A stretch of DNA of 64,000 bases, from positions 1-64,000 of the IMG/VR virus record IMGVR_UViG_3300045988_061617. The stretch is one strand, 5' to 3'. Source of the DNA: a virus. Made by a program: the position numbers and the translations under genes. The notes under the pieces are model-generated. The model had not been told where the DNA came from. It was given only the letters and a program-made list of their open reading frames with translations, and did no database searches. Positions 22,466 to 33,900 of this stretch are shown here, one piece after another; positions within the stretch are counted from its first letter, which is position 1, and each line of letters starts with the position of its first letter.

Positions 22466-23968
22466 ATGGCAAAGACTATCTCAGAAACTAGAACTACTTT
22501 AACCAGAGAGGAATTAGCAAATCTTTCTCGAGTTTCAGTAGATGTTTTCTTTTTCAGTCTTTTCTGTAATGTGATACATCCGGTAAAAGGAAAAGTAAGA
22601 TTCGAACTTTACCCATTTCAAAAATCGGTTCTGTATAACTTTATTGCCCAACGTTTCAATATCATTCTTAAGTTTCGTCAGGCAGGTATTACAGAATTGA
22701 TTTCTATGTACTGTCTTTGGTTGGCGATGTACCATCCCAACAAAAAGATAAACATTATCTCTATCAAAGACACCACCGCTAAAAAAGTACTAAAGAAGAT
22801 CAAGTTTATGTACAAGAATCTTCCATGGTACCTTCAAACTCCCATAATAAACGGTAGAGTCGGTGAATACGGTTCTGCATCAATGATAGAATTCGATAAT
22901 GGGTCTTTTATTGAATCAATTCCGACTTCCTCTGAAGCAGGTCGTTCGGAATCACTTTCCCTTTTGGTAATTGACGAAGCAGCAGTAGTTAGATGGGCAG
23001 CTCAAATCTGGGCAGCTGCTTTTCCTACTCTTTCCACTGGTGGAGCTGCCATCGTCAATTCCACTCCTTATGGAGTTGGTAATTTCTATCACTCAACCTG
23101 GGTAGATGCAATAGCTGGAGGCAATCCCTTCAACCCCATTCGATTATATTGGCAGATGCACCCTGAACGAGATATACATTGGTATAATCAAATGTCTTCT
23201 GCACTGGGTGCAAAAAGAACAGCACAAGAAATAGATGGTGACTTCTTGTCATCAGGTAATACAGTCTTCGACTTAGCTGATATTAAGGCTATCGAAGACT
23301 GCCTTAGTGATTATCCGGTTATAAAGAAAAGGTTTAATGGTCAATATAGGCAATTCTGTGAACCAGAACTGGATAAAGAATATTTTATTGGTGCTGACGT
23401 TGCAACTGGTAGAGCTTCTGACTACTCATCATTTACTTGTATGGATAAGCAAGGAGAAGAACAATCAATATACAAAGGAAGAATGGCAGTAGGAGCTTAT
23501 GCTAAACTACTTGGAGATACAGGTCAATTATATAATTGGGCTACTATAGCTCCAGAATCTAATGATGTTGGTTTGGCAGTAACTTCTAAGCTTCAAGATG
23601 AAGGATACCCAAAATTGTATTACTACCAAAAGATGCTTAAGAAAAAGGGCAAGAGTAGACCAGAGATGGATCAATCACCAGGCTGGTTAACTACCCAAAA
23701 GAATCGTTCAGTGATAATAGAAAACTTGGAAGAAGATATCAGAAATGATAATGTAATCATAAAGGACCCATTCTTCGTTCAGGAAGCTTATACTTTCATT
23801 TATGATGGTTTAGGTAGGCCTGTTGCAATGGGTAAGCATAGGGCAAATAACTCTGCCGTTGATGTAGACCTTGAAGGGGATGTTTATTCAGATGATGATA
23901 TCTTTGGAAAAGCCATATGTAATCACATAAGAAAAGGAAAAACTAATGTAATCGTACAACCAAGATGA
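22466..23968 (+). CDS. terL: terminase large subunit
   Basis: LYPFQKSVL...KFRQAGITELIS is a Walker-A-like block and LSLLVIDEAAVV a Walker B block. The C-terminal nuclease-length region and the position before the portal gene also fit. Confidence 0.9.
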   Translation: MAKTISETRTTLTREELANLSRVSVDVFFFSLFCNVIHPVKGKVRFELYPFQKSVLYNFIAQRFNIILKFRQAGITELISMYCLWLAMYHPNKKINIISIKDTTAKKVLKKIKFMYKNLPWYLQTPIINGRVGEYGSASMIEFDNGSFIESIPTSSEAGRSESLSLLVIDEAAVVRWAAQIWAAAFPTLSTGGAAIVNSTPYGVGNFYHSTWVDAIAGGNPFNPIRLYWQMHPERDIHWYNQMSSALGAKRTAQEIDGDFLSSGNTVFDLADIKAIEDCLSDYPVIKKRFNGQYRQFCEPELDKEYFIGADVATGRASDYSSFTCMDKQGEEQSIYKGRMAVGAYAKLLGDTGQLYNWATIAPESNDVGLAVTSKLQDEGYPKLYYYQKMLKKKGKSRPEMDQSPGWLTTQKNRSVIIENLEEDIRNDNVIIKDPFFVQEAYTFIYDGLGRPVAMGKHRANNSAVDVDLEGDVYSDDDIFGKAICNHIRKGKTNVIVQPR

Positions 23969-25455
23969 AAAAGTACTTTAATTTTAATTGGGTTTGGGGA
24001 CGTAAGAAGGACCCTCCCAAAGATGGTACCTCTTCTAATAAGGAGCCAAAACCTAATACTCCAATATCACCGGGTAGAGTTTCAGTTGACGATGATAGCA
24101 CTAACTTTATCACATCATTACAAGGGTTAACTAAATTAGTTGAACCCTCTTTTCGTGTTGATGTAATACCTTTAATTCGAGATTTATACAAGGTAAATCC
24201 AGATATGGGGATTGCATTGCAGGATATGTTTAAGTTAGCTAACACCAGTCATACTGTAACTTTCCCAAATAATACTGATGAAGAGGCTTCTAAGATGAGA
24301 GATCACCTTAAAAAAGCAACTAAGGGATGGACTAGATATACTGCTGGTATAGATGGTTTAGTTAATAAAATGATTGTTCAACTTCTTGTAAGTGGGGCAA
24401 TATCTGTAGAAGGAGTCCCAAATGATAAACTCAATGGTTTAGCTACTGTATTATTCCTTAAACCAGAATATATCAAGTTTAAACGGGAATTAAATGGGGT
24501 GTATTCCCCTTACCAAAAGAATAATAATTACTTGGTTAAGAAACAAGATTACATCAAGCTTAACCCAGAAACTTATTTCTATGTTGGTATGTTTAATGAT
24601 ACAGATGAACCTTATGGAGTTCCTCCTTTTATGCCCGCCCTAGATTCTCTCAAAGGTCAAAATGATATGAAGATTAATTTCAAACATATCATGGAGATTT
24701 GTGGTATGGTGGGTTTCCTAGAAGCTAAGATGCAGAAATCACCTCAAAGGGCTAATGAAAGCATGGGTTCTTATGAATCTCGATTAAATAGAGAACTTAA
24801 CCTTTTAAAACGAAATGTTAAGGAAGGTATGAAGGATGGAGTTGTTGCTGGTTATATTGATGACCATGAATTTAAACTCAATTCTACTACCAAGGAACTT
24901 GGTAATATCGAAAAGCCATGGAATATGAATCAACAATCCGTAGCTAATGGCTTGGGAGTTAATGGTTCTATTATTGGGGTATCTGCTACTACTGGTGAAG
25001 GTGCAACGGGTATAATGTTATCTAAGATGATTAGCCAGTTAAAAAATATCCAAATGCTTGTAGCTTATGTATTAGACCGACTTTATTCTCTAGAACTGCG
25101 TCTGGCAGGCTTTAATAATAAGGGAATGAAGATTGATTGGGGAACTTCTACAGTTTCTGATGAAGTTAAAATCCAACAAGGTCTTCAATATAAGATACAA
25201 AATCTTGATTTACTTTATAAGGCTGGTATTATTAGCCAAGAACAGTATGCTTGGGCAATGGGCTATGATTCACCAGATGAAGATGAACCAAGAGTTTCAC
25301 TTGAGGACCAATTTGCCAAGGGAGGTAATACCGATCTTCAGGAGGGAACTAAGAAGAAACAAAGGCAAGATGATAAAAACCAATCTGCCCGTAGGTCAAG
25401 AGATAAAGCAAATCCGGCTCCTTCTCGAGGAGACCAAAATACTAAAGCAAGATGA
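23965..25455 (+). CDS. portal protein (by position and size)
   Basis: 496-aa ORF with an ATGA overlap with terL and a charged C-terminal tail. No motif was checked by search. Confidence 0.6.
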   Translation: MKKYFNFNWVWGRKKDPPKDGTSSNKEPKPNTPISPGRVSVDDDSTNFITSLQGLTKLVEPSFRVDVIPLIRDLYKVNPDMGIALQDMFKLANTSHTVTFPNNTDEEASKMRDHLKKATKGWTRYTAGIDGLVNKMIVQLLVSGAISVEGVPNDKLNGLATVLFLKPEYIKFKRELNGVYSPYQKNNNYLVKKQDYIKLNPETYFYVGMFNDTDEPYGVPPFMPALDSLKGQNDMKINFKHIMEICGMVGFLEAKMQKSPQRANESMGSYESRLNRELNLLKRNVKEGMKDGVVAGYIDDHEFKLNSTTKELGNIEKPWNMNQQSVANGLGVNGSIIGVSATTGEGATGIMLSKMISQLKNIQMLVAYVLDRLYSLELRLAGFNNKGMKIDWGTSTVSDEVKIQQGLQYKIQNLDLLYKAGIISQEQYAWAMGYDSPDEDEPRVSLEDQFAKGGNTDLQEGTKKKQRQDDKNQSARRSRDKANPAPSRGDQNTKAR

Positions 25456-26963
25456 GTAAATTTACAAAGAAAAACAAAGAGCATCTTGATTCTATGGTGA
25501 TAGGTCAAGGACATACCATTATGGCTGGGTATATCCCAGAAGCAGTGGGAGCCCAGACTTTCTCAGAGAATTATTATAAGTGGAAGAATCCTACACCGGA
25601 TTCTATTGCTCAATTTGGATTTTGGGGAGGGGATATAGATTATAATACCTATTACCCTAACCTGGATAAATCTGAATTAACTCCTAAAGACGAGGAATTT
25701 ATTGAGCCAATGTTTAGATTACTTTCGGAAACGATAGTATCTAAGAATTGGAATCCAACGGATTTTGGTCAAAATGGAGTATTAAAAGCATCTATGAGAA
25801 TGTTACTTGGTCAAACAGTAAATTGTGATCATGAAACAAACATAGGTAATGCTATTGGGGCTGTATCTCAGGTAATGTGGCAAGAATCCTATAAAGATGG
25901 TAGCTTTACTATACCTGCAGGTATTAACGGTATTCTAAAGATTGATGGTAAAGCTAATCCTAGAATTGCTAGAGGTATCCTTATGGAACCACCTTCAATC
26001 CATAGTAATTCGGTTACTGTGCAATTTAAGTGGGATAAATCTCATCCCCAAATGGAAGATAATGAATTCTATCAGAAACTTGGTACCTATGACTCTAAGG
26101 GAGTAATGGTACGTAGAATAGTTACTGAAGTAGTTCGTTATTTGGAGACCTCATTGGTATCACATGGAGCTGATTCTTTTGCTCAAAAAATTGGTTCTGA
26201 TGGTAAAATTATCAATCCGACTCTTGCTAAAAGGACTTGGGCATCATACGAAGAATATAGAGATGATAAATCTAAGCAATACTTTTTTACGGATTATAAA
26301 TCTGACTTAACTTCATATCAAGAAAAGAACGATACTCAAAGTTCTTTTAATGATAATGATACCCAGGATAATCATTCAAACGAAAATAATATGAACGAAT
26401 TAGAAAAATTTCTCGAAAGCCTTTTTGGGGATAATATGCTTGCCCTTGAGGAAGGTAAAGAAATGAATCAGGAAAATGTAATTGCCTGTATTCAAAATTT
26501 GGTATCATCCAGAAACGAGTTGCAAACTTCAGTAGATAATCTTACTACAGAGAAAAATTCTCTTACAGAACAGGTTACTAACTTGAATGCAGAAGTAGCT
26601 AATCTTAAAGAGATGGCAACTGTAGGAAAGAATCATATTGCTTCTCTCCGTGAAGATGCCGTAGCAACTTATAAAAAGTTGATGGGTGATAAAGCAGATG
26701 AAACCATTGTTACAATGCTTAATGCAGAAACAACTGGTATTACTACTCTTGTTTCCTTGACTAAGGATTACCAAGTTCGCTTGGAAGAGAAGTTCCCTCT
26801 CACTTGCTCTAAGTGTGGTTCTAAGGATGTTAACCGTGCTTCTTCTCTTACTGAGGATTACAACCAAGATAGGGGTAGTAAAGGTACGGATACAAACCAA
26901 AACTCTGAATCATCGAGTACTAAGAATGTAATCGATAATCTCTATCGAAACAAAATCAAATAA
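25452..26963 (+). CDS. prohead protease / scaffolding fusion candidate
   Basis: The position matches lambda-like order (portal, protease/scaffold, decoration, capsid). A DH-x6-IG block (VNCDHETNIGNAIG) is present, and the C-terminal third is coiled-coil (NELQTSVDNLTTEKNSLTEQVTNLNAEVANLKE). Confidence 0.4.
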   Translation: MSKFTKKNKEHLDSMVIGQGHTIMAGYIPEAVGAQTFSENYYKWKNPTPDSIAQFGFWGGDIDYNTYYPNLDKSELTPKDEEFIEPMFRLLSETIVSKNWNPTDFGQNGVLKASMRMLLGQTVNCDHETNIGNAIGAVSQVMWQESYKDGSFTIPAGINGILKIDGKANPRIARGILMEPPSIHSNSVTVQFKWDKSHPQMEDNEFYQKLGTYDSKGVMVRRIVTEVVRYLETSLVSHGADSFAQKIGSDGKIINPTLAKRTWASYEEYRDDKSKQYFFTDYKSDLTSYQEKNDTQSSFNDNDTQDNHSNENNMNELEKFLESLFGDNMLALEEGKEMNQENVIACIQNLVSSRNELQTSVDNLTTEKNSLTEQVTNLNAEVANLKEMATVGKNHIASLREDAVATYKKLMGDKADETIVTMLNAETTGITTLVSLTKDYQVRLEEKFPLTCSKCGSKDVNRASSLTEDYNQDRGSKGTDTNQNSESSSTKNVIDNLYRNKIK

Positions 26964-26988
26964 GTAATCATAATAAATAATCCGCATT

Positions 26989-27459
26989 ATGGAAACAACG
27001 AAAATCGTAAATGATCCTCAGCAACTTACTCTCTTTGGAGAAAGAACTCCGAGAGCGGTGATTTACAAGAGTGAATCTCACAAATTGCATCAGGCTTTCA
27101 ATGTTAAATCTGGAGAGAAAATTGTACAGGGTATGCCCGTAGCTTTGAATAAAGATGGTTTAATTTACCCCTGTACTGATACCACTACTCAAGTTTACTT
27201 GGGTGTAGCAGTAACAGACAATGTTAACCCTGCTTATCAGCCTCAAAGAGACTTCCCAGTAGAAGTAACAGTGGCCGTAGAAGGTTACATGATTTGTAAC
27301 TGGGTATCTAACGGAACTATCGAAGCTGGATATGTAACTCCATCTGGAGATTTACTTAATGACCGTTTCGTTAAGGCTAACCAAGCTATTTCAACTCCGT
27401 TCATTGCCCTCAATCCTGCAGAAGAGGCAAATGAGGTAATTCAAGTACTCATTAAATAA
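26989..27459 (+). CDS. head decoration / auxiliary capsid protein candidate
   Basis: 156-aa ORF immediately upstream of the capsid gene. Called on synteny only. Confidence 0.3.
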   Translation: METTKIVNDPQQLTLFGERTPRAVIYKSESHKLHQAFNVKSGEKIVQGMPVALNKDGLIYPCTDTTTQVYLGVAVTDNVNPAYQPQRDFPVEVTVAVEGYMICNWVSNGTIEAGYVTPSGDLLNDRFVKANQAISTPFIALNPAEEANEVIQVLIK

Positions 27460-27473
27460 GAGAAAAAGAAATT

Positions 27474-28595
27474 ATGGAAAATAAAATTGATATTACAAAG
27501 TTGAAAGCTCAGGATTTTATGAATGAGCTGCCGGAAATGGTAAGAAGCTTGGAAGCTGTTCGTTCCGGTTCACAGGACAAGAAGCCAGTAGAAGTAACCC
27601 TTGGAGAATTGGTTACAGGTAAATGGGGTATTACAGAAGATGAACTGTTTGAAAAGATGGGTATCAATCCAAAAGTTGATACGATGCAGAATATCTTTAC
27701 TATGCCTCAGCAGAATATCCGTTGGATTGTTCCGGAAATTATCCGTGCTGCTATTACTCTGGGCATGCGTCAGGCTCCATTCTATCCGAACATTATTGCA
27801 TCTGACCAACCTATCAATGGTTTGCAAGCAATCATGCCGATGGTTAATATGTCGGATGCTGCTCCTGCTAAGGTTAACGAAGCAGAAACTATCCCGTTGG
27901 GAGATGTTAGCTTCGGACAAAAATCGGTTAGCCTTTTCAAAATTGGAAAAGGTTTCAAACTTACTGATGAAGTTCGTAACTACGTTTCACTCGATGTCCT
28001 GGGAATTTACCTTCGTGATTTTGGTGTTCAGTTGGGCTATGCTTTGGATACTTTGGCTATGGACGTGGCTATTAATGGTAACAAGGCTGATGGATCCGAG
28101 TCTGCTCCAGTAATTGGTGTATACGAAACATCCAATGGAATCACTTACAAAGATTTGCTTCATATTTGGGTTCGTGCTGCTCGTATGGGCCGTAGCTTTA
28201 CTACTATGATCGGTGGTGAAGATCAGTCTATCGAAATGCTTAATTTGCCAGAATTCAAAGACCGTCATTCCGGTACTACTGAAGCTACACTGAATGTGAA
28301 GTCTCCAGTACCTAAGAATGCAGACTTCTACATCCATCCGGGTACCCCTGCACAACAGCTATTGTTGATTGATACTTCCGCTGCTTTGATTAAGCTGACT
28401 GCTAAACAGTTGATGTTGGAATCAGAAAGAATCGTTTCTAACCAAACAGAAGCTGTATATGCAAGCTTAACTACCGGCTTCTCTAAGATGTACCATGATG
28501 CTGCACTCTTGTTGGCTGCAGATAAGAAGTTTACAGAATTCGGATTCCCCGATTTCATGAATGTAGACCCATATCTGATGGTTAACCTTGAATAA
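27474..28595 (+). CDS. major capsid protein
   Basis: 373-aa ORF in the canonical position. It has the highest-expression-type codon usage in the window and is followed by a strong terminator. Several overlapping or antisense tracked ORFs inside it are artefacts. Confidence 0.7.
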   Translation: MENKIDITKLKAQDFMNELPEMVRSLEAVRSGSQDKKPVEVTLGELVTGKWGITEDELFEKMGINPKVDTMQNIFTMPQQNIRWIVPEIIRAAITLGMRQAPFYPNIIASDQPINGLQAIMPMVNMSDAAPAKVNEAETIPLGDVSFGQKSVSLFKIGKGFKLTDEVRNYVSLDVLGIYLRDFGVQLGYALDTLAMDVAINGNKADGSESAPVIGVYETSNGITYKDLLHIWVRAARMGRSFTTMIGGEDQSIEMLNLPEFKDRHSGTTEATLNVKSPVPKNADFYIHPGTPAQQLLLIDTSAALIKLTAKQLMLESERIVSNQTEAVYASLTTGFSKMYHDAALLLAADKKFTEFGFPDFMNVDPYLMVNLE

Positions 28596-28623
28596 TAAGG
28601 CGCCCGGTTATCTATATAATTCC

Positions 28624-28663
28624 AAGAGGTGGTTTAGGGATAAAAACCCTACCCCTCTTTTCA
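28624..28663 (+). terminator. intrinsic terminator after the capsid gene
   Basis: AAGAGGTGGTTTAGGG / CCCTACCCCTCTT interrupted stem followed by TTTT. Confidence 0.65.
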
Positions 28664-28700
28664 TTTAAAACCCTATTATTATTTTTAAATATTAGAAAAC

Positions 28701-29102
28701 ATGGCTAAAGAAAAATATATTGTAACAGTTGGGCCGAGAGCTTTTAGTTTTCATGACCAATCAACTGGTATTACCGTTTGCAAAGGAGAAGAAATAGAAT
28801 TAACTCGTCGTCAATATCTTACTTCAAAAATACAGAAGTCACTTGCTTCAGGCCATCTTATTTTGGTGATGGACAAAACTCAGATAGAAAAGTACTCTGA
28901 GGCAGACATAGAAAAAATGGATAAGAGGCTTATGGCTCAGTTTAAAAAGGGTATGACTTTGGAAAAACTACAGAAGGCTTATTCTCTTGAAGAACTGAAG
29001 TTAATAGCTTCTGTTCATGAGATAGTAGTAGAAAAAGAGGATACCCTTGAAACTATCTTGCAAGCTCTGTATGAAGATTTTGAAGAATCAAGCAAAGGGT
29101 AA
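28701..29102 (+). CDS. hypothetical structural-module protein
   Basis: 133-aa ORF. Confidence 0.6.
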   Translation: MAKEKYIVTVGPRAFSFHDQSTGITVCKGEEIELTRRQYLTSKIQKSLASGHLILVMDKTQIEKYSEADIEKMDKRLMAQFKKGMTLEKLQKAYSLEELKLIASVHEIVVEKEDTLETILQALYEDFEESSKG

Positions 29103-29132
29103 CCAATGAAACTTATATAGAGACATACTAAT

Positions 29133-30029
29133 ATGAAAAGCAATCTAGACTTTATATATGTTACGTCAGGTTTGCAAGTTTCATTTAGAGTTATATCCAA
29201 AGTCCCGGCCAAATCCATTTTTGACTGGGACTTTGGCGATGATAATGGGGAGGTTTTCAATGGTGGAAGGCTTGTTTCCTATTCTTATGAAACTCCAGGT
29301 TTTTATACTGTAACCTTACATGTAACTAATTCTGAAGGTTTAGATATCAGTGTAGATAGAACTTTGGTTATTTGCGATTATGGGCATACTGTACTATCAG
29401 ATTCCATTTATAACCTTATTGATAGGTATATTCCCGAGGAAATATCTAAAGGTATGACCAGAGAGGATAAATCTATCTACATCACCAAATGGCAATATTA
29501 TATTGGACCACTAGTAAATCATGTAATTCCCAAGGATAAATATACTGACGAATTATGGTATGAAGCACTAGAAAACCAATTAATAATGGAATTGGCTGCA
29601 TGGGACTTTCTAAATGTGAAGATACTTAATTTATTAACGAGTACTTCTGAATACCTAAGTCAATTAACTTCTACAAAAGAACAAACTGGTGATGGTACTT
29701 CTAAACCTGAACTTGCCCGAGGTGATAGAATAAAACAGATCACTACTGGGCCTACTGAAGTTCAATATTATGACCAATTGGCAGATTCTGCAAGCTCACT
29801 ATGGAAAACACTTTCTCAAGCGATGCAACCTGGTGGTCTAATAGATGAATTAAGAAAGAACCTTTGTACATTAGCTTCAAGATTAGAGATCTACTTACCC
29901 TTCTGTGATGAAGTATTTAGAACAGTAGTTCCAAGGGTAGTTAATAAAAGACAACCTGGAATATTGGATGGACCTAATCCAAGTGCACCTGTCAAAGGAG
30001 GTAATAGTAAACTTTTAATTAAAGAGTAA
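29133..30029 (+). CDS. PKD-domain-containing virion protein
   Basis: FDWDFGDDNGEVFNGGRLVSYSYETPGFYTVTLHVTNSEGLDISVDRTLVI fits the PKD consensus (WdFGDG....H.Y...G.Y.VtL.V.n..G). Confidence 0.7.
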   Translation: MKSNLDFIYVTSGLQVSFRVISKVPAKSIFDWDFGDDNGEVFNGGRLVSYSYETPGFYTVTLHVTNSEGLDISVDRTLVICDYGHTVLSDSIYNLIDRYIPEEISKGMTREDKSIYITKWQYYIGPLVNHVIPKDKYTDELWYEALENQLIMELAAWDFLNVKILNLLTSTSEYLSQLTSTKEQTGDGTSKPELARGDRIKQITTGPTEVQYYDQLADSASSLWKTLSQAMQPGGLIDELRKNLCTLASRLEIYLPFCDEVFRTVVPRVVNKRQPGILDGPNPSAPVKGGNSKLLIKE

Positions 30030-30505
30030 TGACGAAAGAACCCTGGAGAATGGTTAAGAACCGCTCTTGGGATAGATACAAGAAAATTATCACTGATTTC
30101 TTAGATTGGGATGCCGGTAGACAAACCATAACTTGGGCTAAGCATGTTAATCAACTTCTTAGCCATGCAGAAGATAGTACTCCTAAATATTATAATATCC
30201 CCATAGAAGCTTTATGTTACTACAATGCTTTCAGAAACTGGCCTATAAATAAGGCAACAGTTACTGGAGAATTAGATGATGAAAACTTATCAATACTAAT
30301 TTCTAAATCATATATAGAAAACATCGGTTATCTTACACCGGAAGGCTATTGGGATTTTAATTGGGAACAGGATAGATTTATAATCAATGGGATTACTTAT
30401 AAACCATCTGGTGATACTCAAACTGCTCAAGCTAAGGATGAGGCTTTAGTTTTCATGGTTATCCTAAAGAGAGACCGAGATACGAATGTAGAATTTGTAG
30501 AATAA
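30029..30505 (+). CDS. hypothetical structural-module protein
   Basis: 158-aa ORF with a 1-nt overlap. Confidence 0.6.
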   Translation: MTKEPWRMVKNRSWDRYKKIITDFLDWDAGRQTITWAKHVNQLLSHAEDSTPKYYNIPIEALCYYNAFRNWPINKATVTGELDDENLSILISKSYIENIGYLTPEGYWDFNWEQDRFIINGITYKPSGDTQTAQAKDEALVFMVILKRDRDTNVEFVE

Positions 30506-30516
30506 AAATTAAGTAT

Positions 30517-30948
30517 ATGGCAAAGATGTTAGTACTGAGGTGGACACCAGTTACTACAACCAGTGGGATTTGGTTTGATAGTAACATGATTATCCTTAAT
30601 GGTACCTCTGGAGTTCATATTGAAATGAAAGGTAATGGCAATGATGTAACGGCATTTCAATCGATGACCGGTAACAAATTTGTCACCTGCTTTCAAGATT
30701 ATTTCGGAGATATTTGGGATAAAATAATACCTCATCCTGGTATAGGCCAGGTAATAAAATTCCGTGTAAATAGGCTCCCTGATTATGCTTGTATACGAGG
30801 AGATATAGAAGATGGAGGGGATATTGATCCAGAAAACCCAGATGTACCAATGAATGCTTTCTGTGGTTCAGAAGGGGAACCTTTCAGAGACATCGATTCC
30901 GAATTCTTAATCGGAAGACAACGTGCAGTAATTAACCCTAAATATTAA
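30517..30948 (+). CDS. hypothetical structural-module protein
   Basis: 143-aa ORF. Confidence 0.6.
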   Translation: MAKMLVLRWTPVTTTSGIWFDSNMIILNGTSGVHIEMKGNGNDVTAFQSMTGNKFVTCFQDYFGDIWDKIIPHPGIGQVIKFRVNRLPDYACIRGDIEDGGDIDPENPDVPMNAFCGSEGEPFRDIDSEFLIGRQRAVINPKY

Positions 30949-30953
30949 AATAT

Positions 30954-33900
30954 ATGTATGTAAGTAAGTATTATACCTGCGAAGAAATTGATCAGCGGTT
31001 ATTACAAGGTTACTATGATGACTTTGTTCGTGCTGGCTTTGGAGGAACTATAAATGAGTTCTGGGCTTTCGTACTATCTATCAAAGATAAGGTAGATAAG
31101 AAAGAAGGCTATGGCTTATCCGAGAATGATTTCACTAATGAGCTTAAAGCTAAATTAGATGGAATCGAAGAACATGCTAATTACATCACTAAAGTTTCTC
31201 AGCTTGAGAATGATTTAAAATTCCAGACTGATGAAGATGTTAGGAAAGCAATCAGTGATTTGGTTGATGGTGCTGATGATGCACTTGATACTTTAAAAGA
31301 ATTAGCAGAAGCTTTGGGTAATGATCCCAACTTTGCTACTACCATTACTAATAAGTTAACAGAATTACGTACTGCTTTAACTGAAGAGATAAATCGTGCT
31401 AAAGAGGCAGAAGCTGCTTTAGGTGCAGCAGTTGCAGCAGTTGAGCAGGACTTAGAATATGCAATAGAACAGATTATCAATAAGATCGATACAGTTAAAT
31501 CAGATTTAAAAGCTGAAATTGACCGTGTAGAAAAAAAGGTTGATAAGAATGCTGAGGATATCAAAAACTTAGAGGATAAGGTAAATGAGAAGAATGATCA
31601 ACTTGAAGATGAACTCAAAGGGCTCATTCAACAAGAGAAAGATGATAGAATTGCGGCAGACAATGAAATTAAAGAAAGTGTAAATGAACTCAAAACTTTA
31701 CATATTAATGATAAAGCTGAGGTGCTTTCTAAAATTGCCGAAGAAGTTTCTAATCGTACAAACTCCGATACTATCTTAGATTCTAAGATTAATGAAGAAA
31801 TTACCAATCGTCAAGCCGATACCCAATCTCTTCAAGGTAAAATCGACCAGGAAAAGGTAGACCGTCATTCGGAGGACCAAGTTCTTCACAATGAAGTTTC
31901 TAAAGAGGTAGCCGATCGTACAAATGCAGATAACCTTCTTCAGAGTAACATTGATAAAGAAGCACAAGCTCGTACTTCTGCTGACCAGGTATTACAGAAT
32001 AATATCGATTCAGAAGCAACTACAAGAGCTGCTCAGGATTTAGTCCTTGATCATAAAATTGAGGATATAAAATTACAGGGCCAAGCAGATAAAGCCCAAT
32101 TACTCGAGGCAATTGCTGCAGAGGCTATGGCTCGTGAAAATGCCGATATCGATCTCGATAATCAAAAGGTGGATAAACGAGAGGGTTATTCATTAACTAA
32201 GAATGACTTTACAGATATACTCAAAGCTAAGTTAGACGGTATTGAAGAACATGCCAACTATATTACCCATTTATCTCAGCTTATCAACGATTCAGGTTTC
32301 CAAACTGAGGACGAAGTAAAAGCAGCTATTCAAGAAATTGTAGGTGCTGCCCCTGAAGTACTTGATACTCTTAAGGAAATTGCCGATGCTTTGGGTAATG
32401 ACCCAAATTTTGCTACAACTATTACCAAGAAATTGGCGGCTATTACTGAACAGGTTAATCAGGAAATAGAAGACCGTATTGCTGGTGATGAAGCAAATAG
32501 TGCTGAAGTAGCTACAGAAACCCAAGCCCGTAAAGATGCAGACATTGCTCTTGAGGCTAAGTTAAAAGAATATATAGACAATAAGTCTGCAACTGGCGAT
32601 GCTGCAATTGGAGTTGTAAGGGATAATCTTAACAAGGAAATCCAAGACCGTAAAGATGCCGATGCAGCCATTCAAGCAAGTCTGGATAAGGAAATTGCCT
32701 ATAGAAAGACTGCCGATGATGCTTACACGGTTAGTTTGAATAATGTTAACAGACGTGTTTCAGAACTGGCCTTAAGTATTCAAGATTCTATAAATACTTT
32801 ACGTAATGAACTTACTGCTCAGGTAAATGCCAACACAACAGCTATTGCTACGAATGAACACAATATCGAAAGAAATTCAGAGGCAATCACAAACTTAACT
32901 AAGACTGTAGGTGATAACTACAAGGAAGTTAAGGATATGATTAACGAAGAGATTGTGGACCGTACCAATGCAGACAGTTCTTTAGGTTCTAGAATTGATA
33001 CATTAAACATCAATTTGAATACTGAACGTACAGAAAGAATTGCCGCAGATCAAGTTCTCCAGGTTAATCTCGATAAAGAAGTAGCAGATCGTACCAATGC
33101 AGATACTGCCTTGAAAACCGAGATGACTTCGAAATTGGATAATACCAAACAAGCTCTCGAATCAGAGATAGATAAACTTAATACTAAGCTCGATCAAGAG
33201 AAAACCGATAGAACTAATGCTGATACAGCATTGGGGGCTCGTATTGATTCTCTAGAGGCTGGTAATACTACGGCTATTACTAAATTAGAAGAGAAGGTAA
33301 ATGGTAATACCACTGCTATTAATACCGAAAAAGAAAGGGCTATTGCTAAAGAGAATTCTATCGAAGCTAAGGTTAATACTAACCTTCAGAACCATAAAGA
33401 TGACATGGCTTCTGTTAATCAAGGGATGCTTACCGAGAAGAATGAGAGATTAGCAGGAGATACTTTACTTCAGAATAATATTGATAAAGAAGCAACCGAG
33501 AGAGCTAATCAGGATACTCTTATCAATAATGCTTTAGCTCAAGAGAAAGCAGATCGCATAGCTGCAGATGAAGTTCTTGATGAAAAGAAAGTTGATAAGG
33601 TTGATGGTAAAGTACTGTCATCTAATGACTTTACTGATCTTCTTTATGCTAAGCTTAATGGGATTGAGGAAAAAGCAAACTACATTACCAAGGTATCCCA
33701 GTTGTTAAATGATTCAGATTATCAAACTGAAGAGGAAGTAAATGAGGCAATCCAAAGGGTTATTGGTTCTGCCCCAGAGGTACTGGATACTTTGGCTGAG
33801 ATTGCTAAGGCATTGGGAGATGATCCAAATTTCGCAGCAACTATGACTGCTAAGCTTACCGAGTTGGAGAATAAGCTCGAAGCTGAGAAGAATTTACGTG

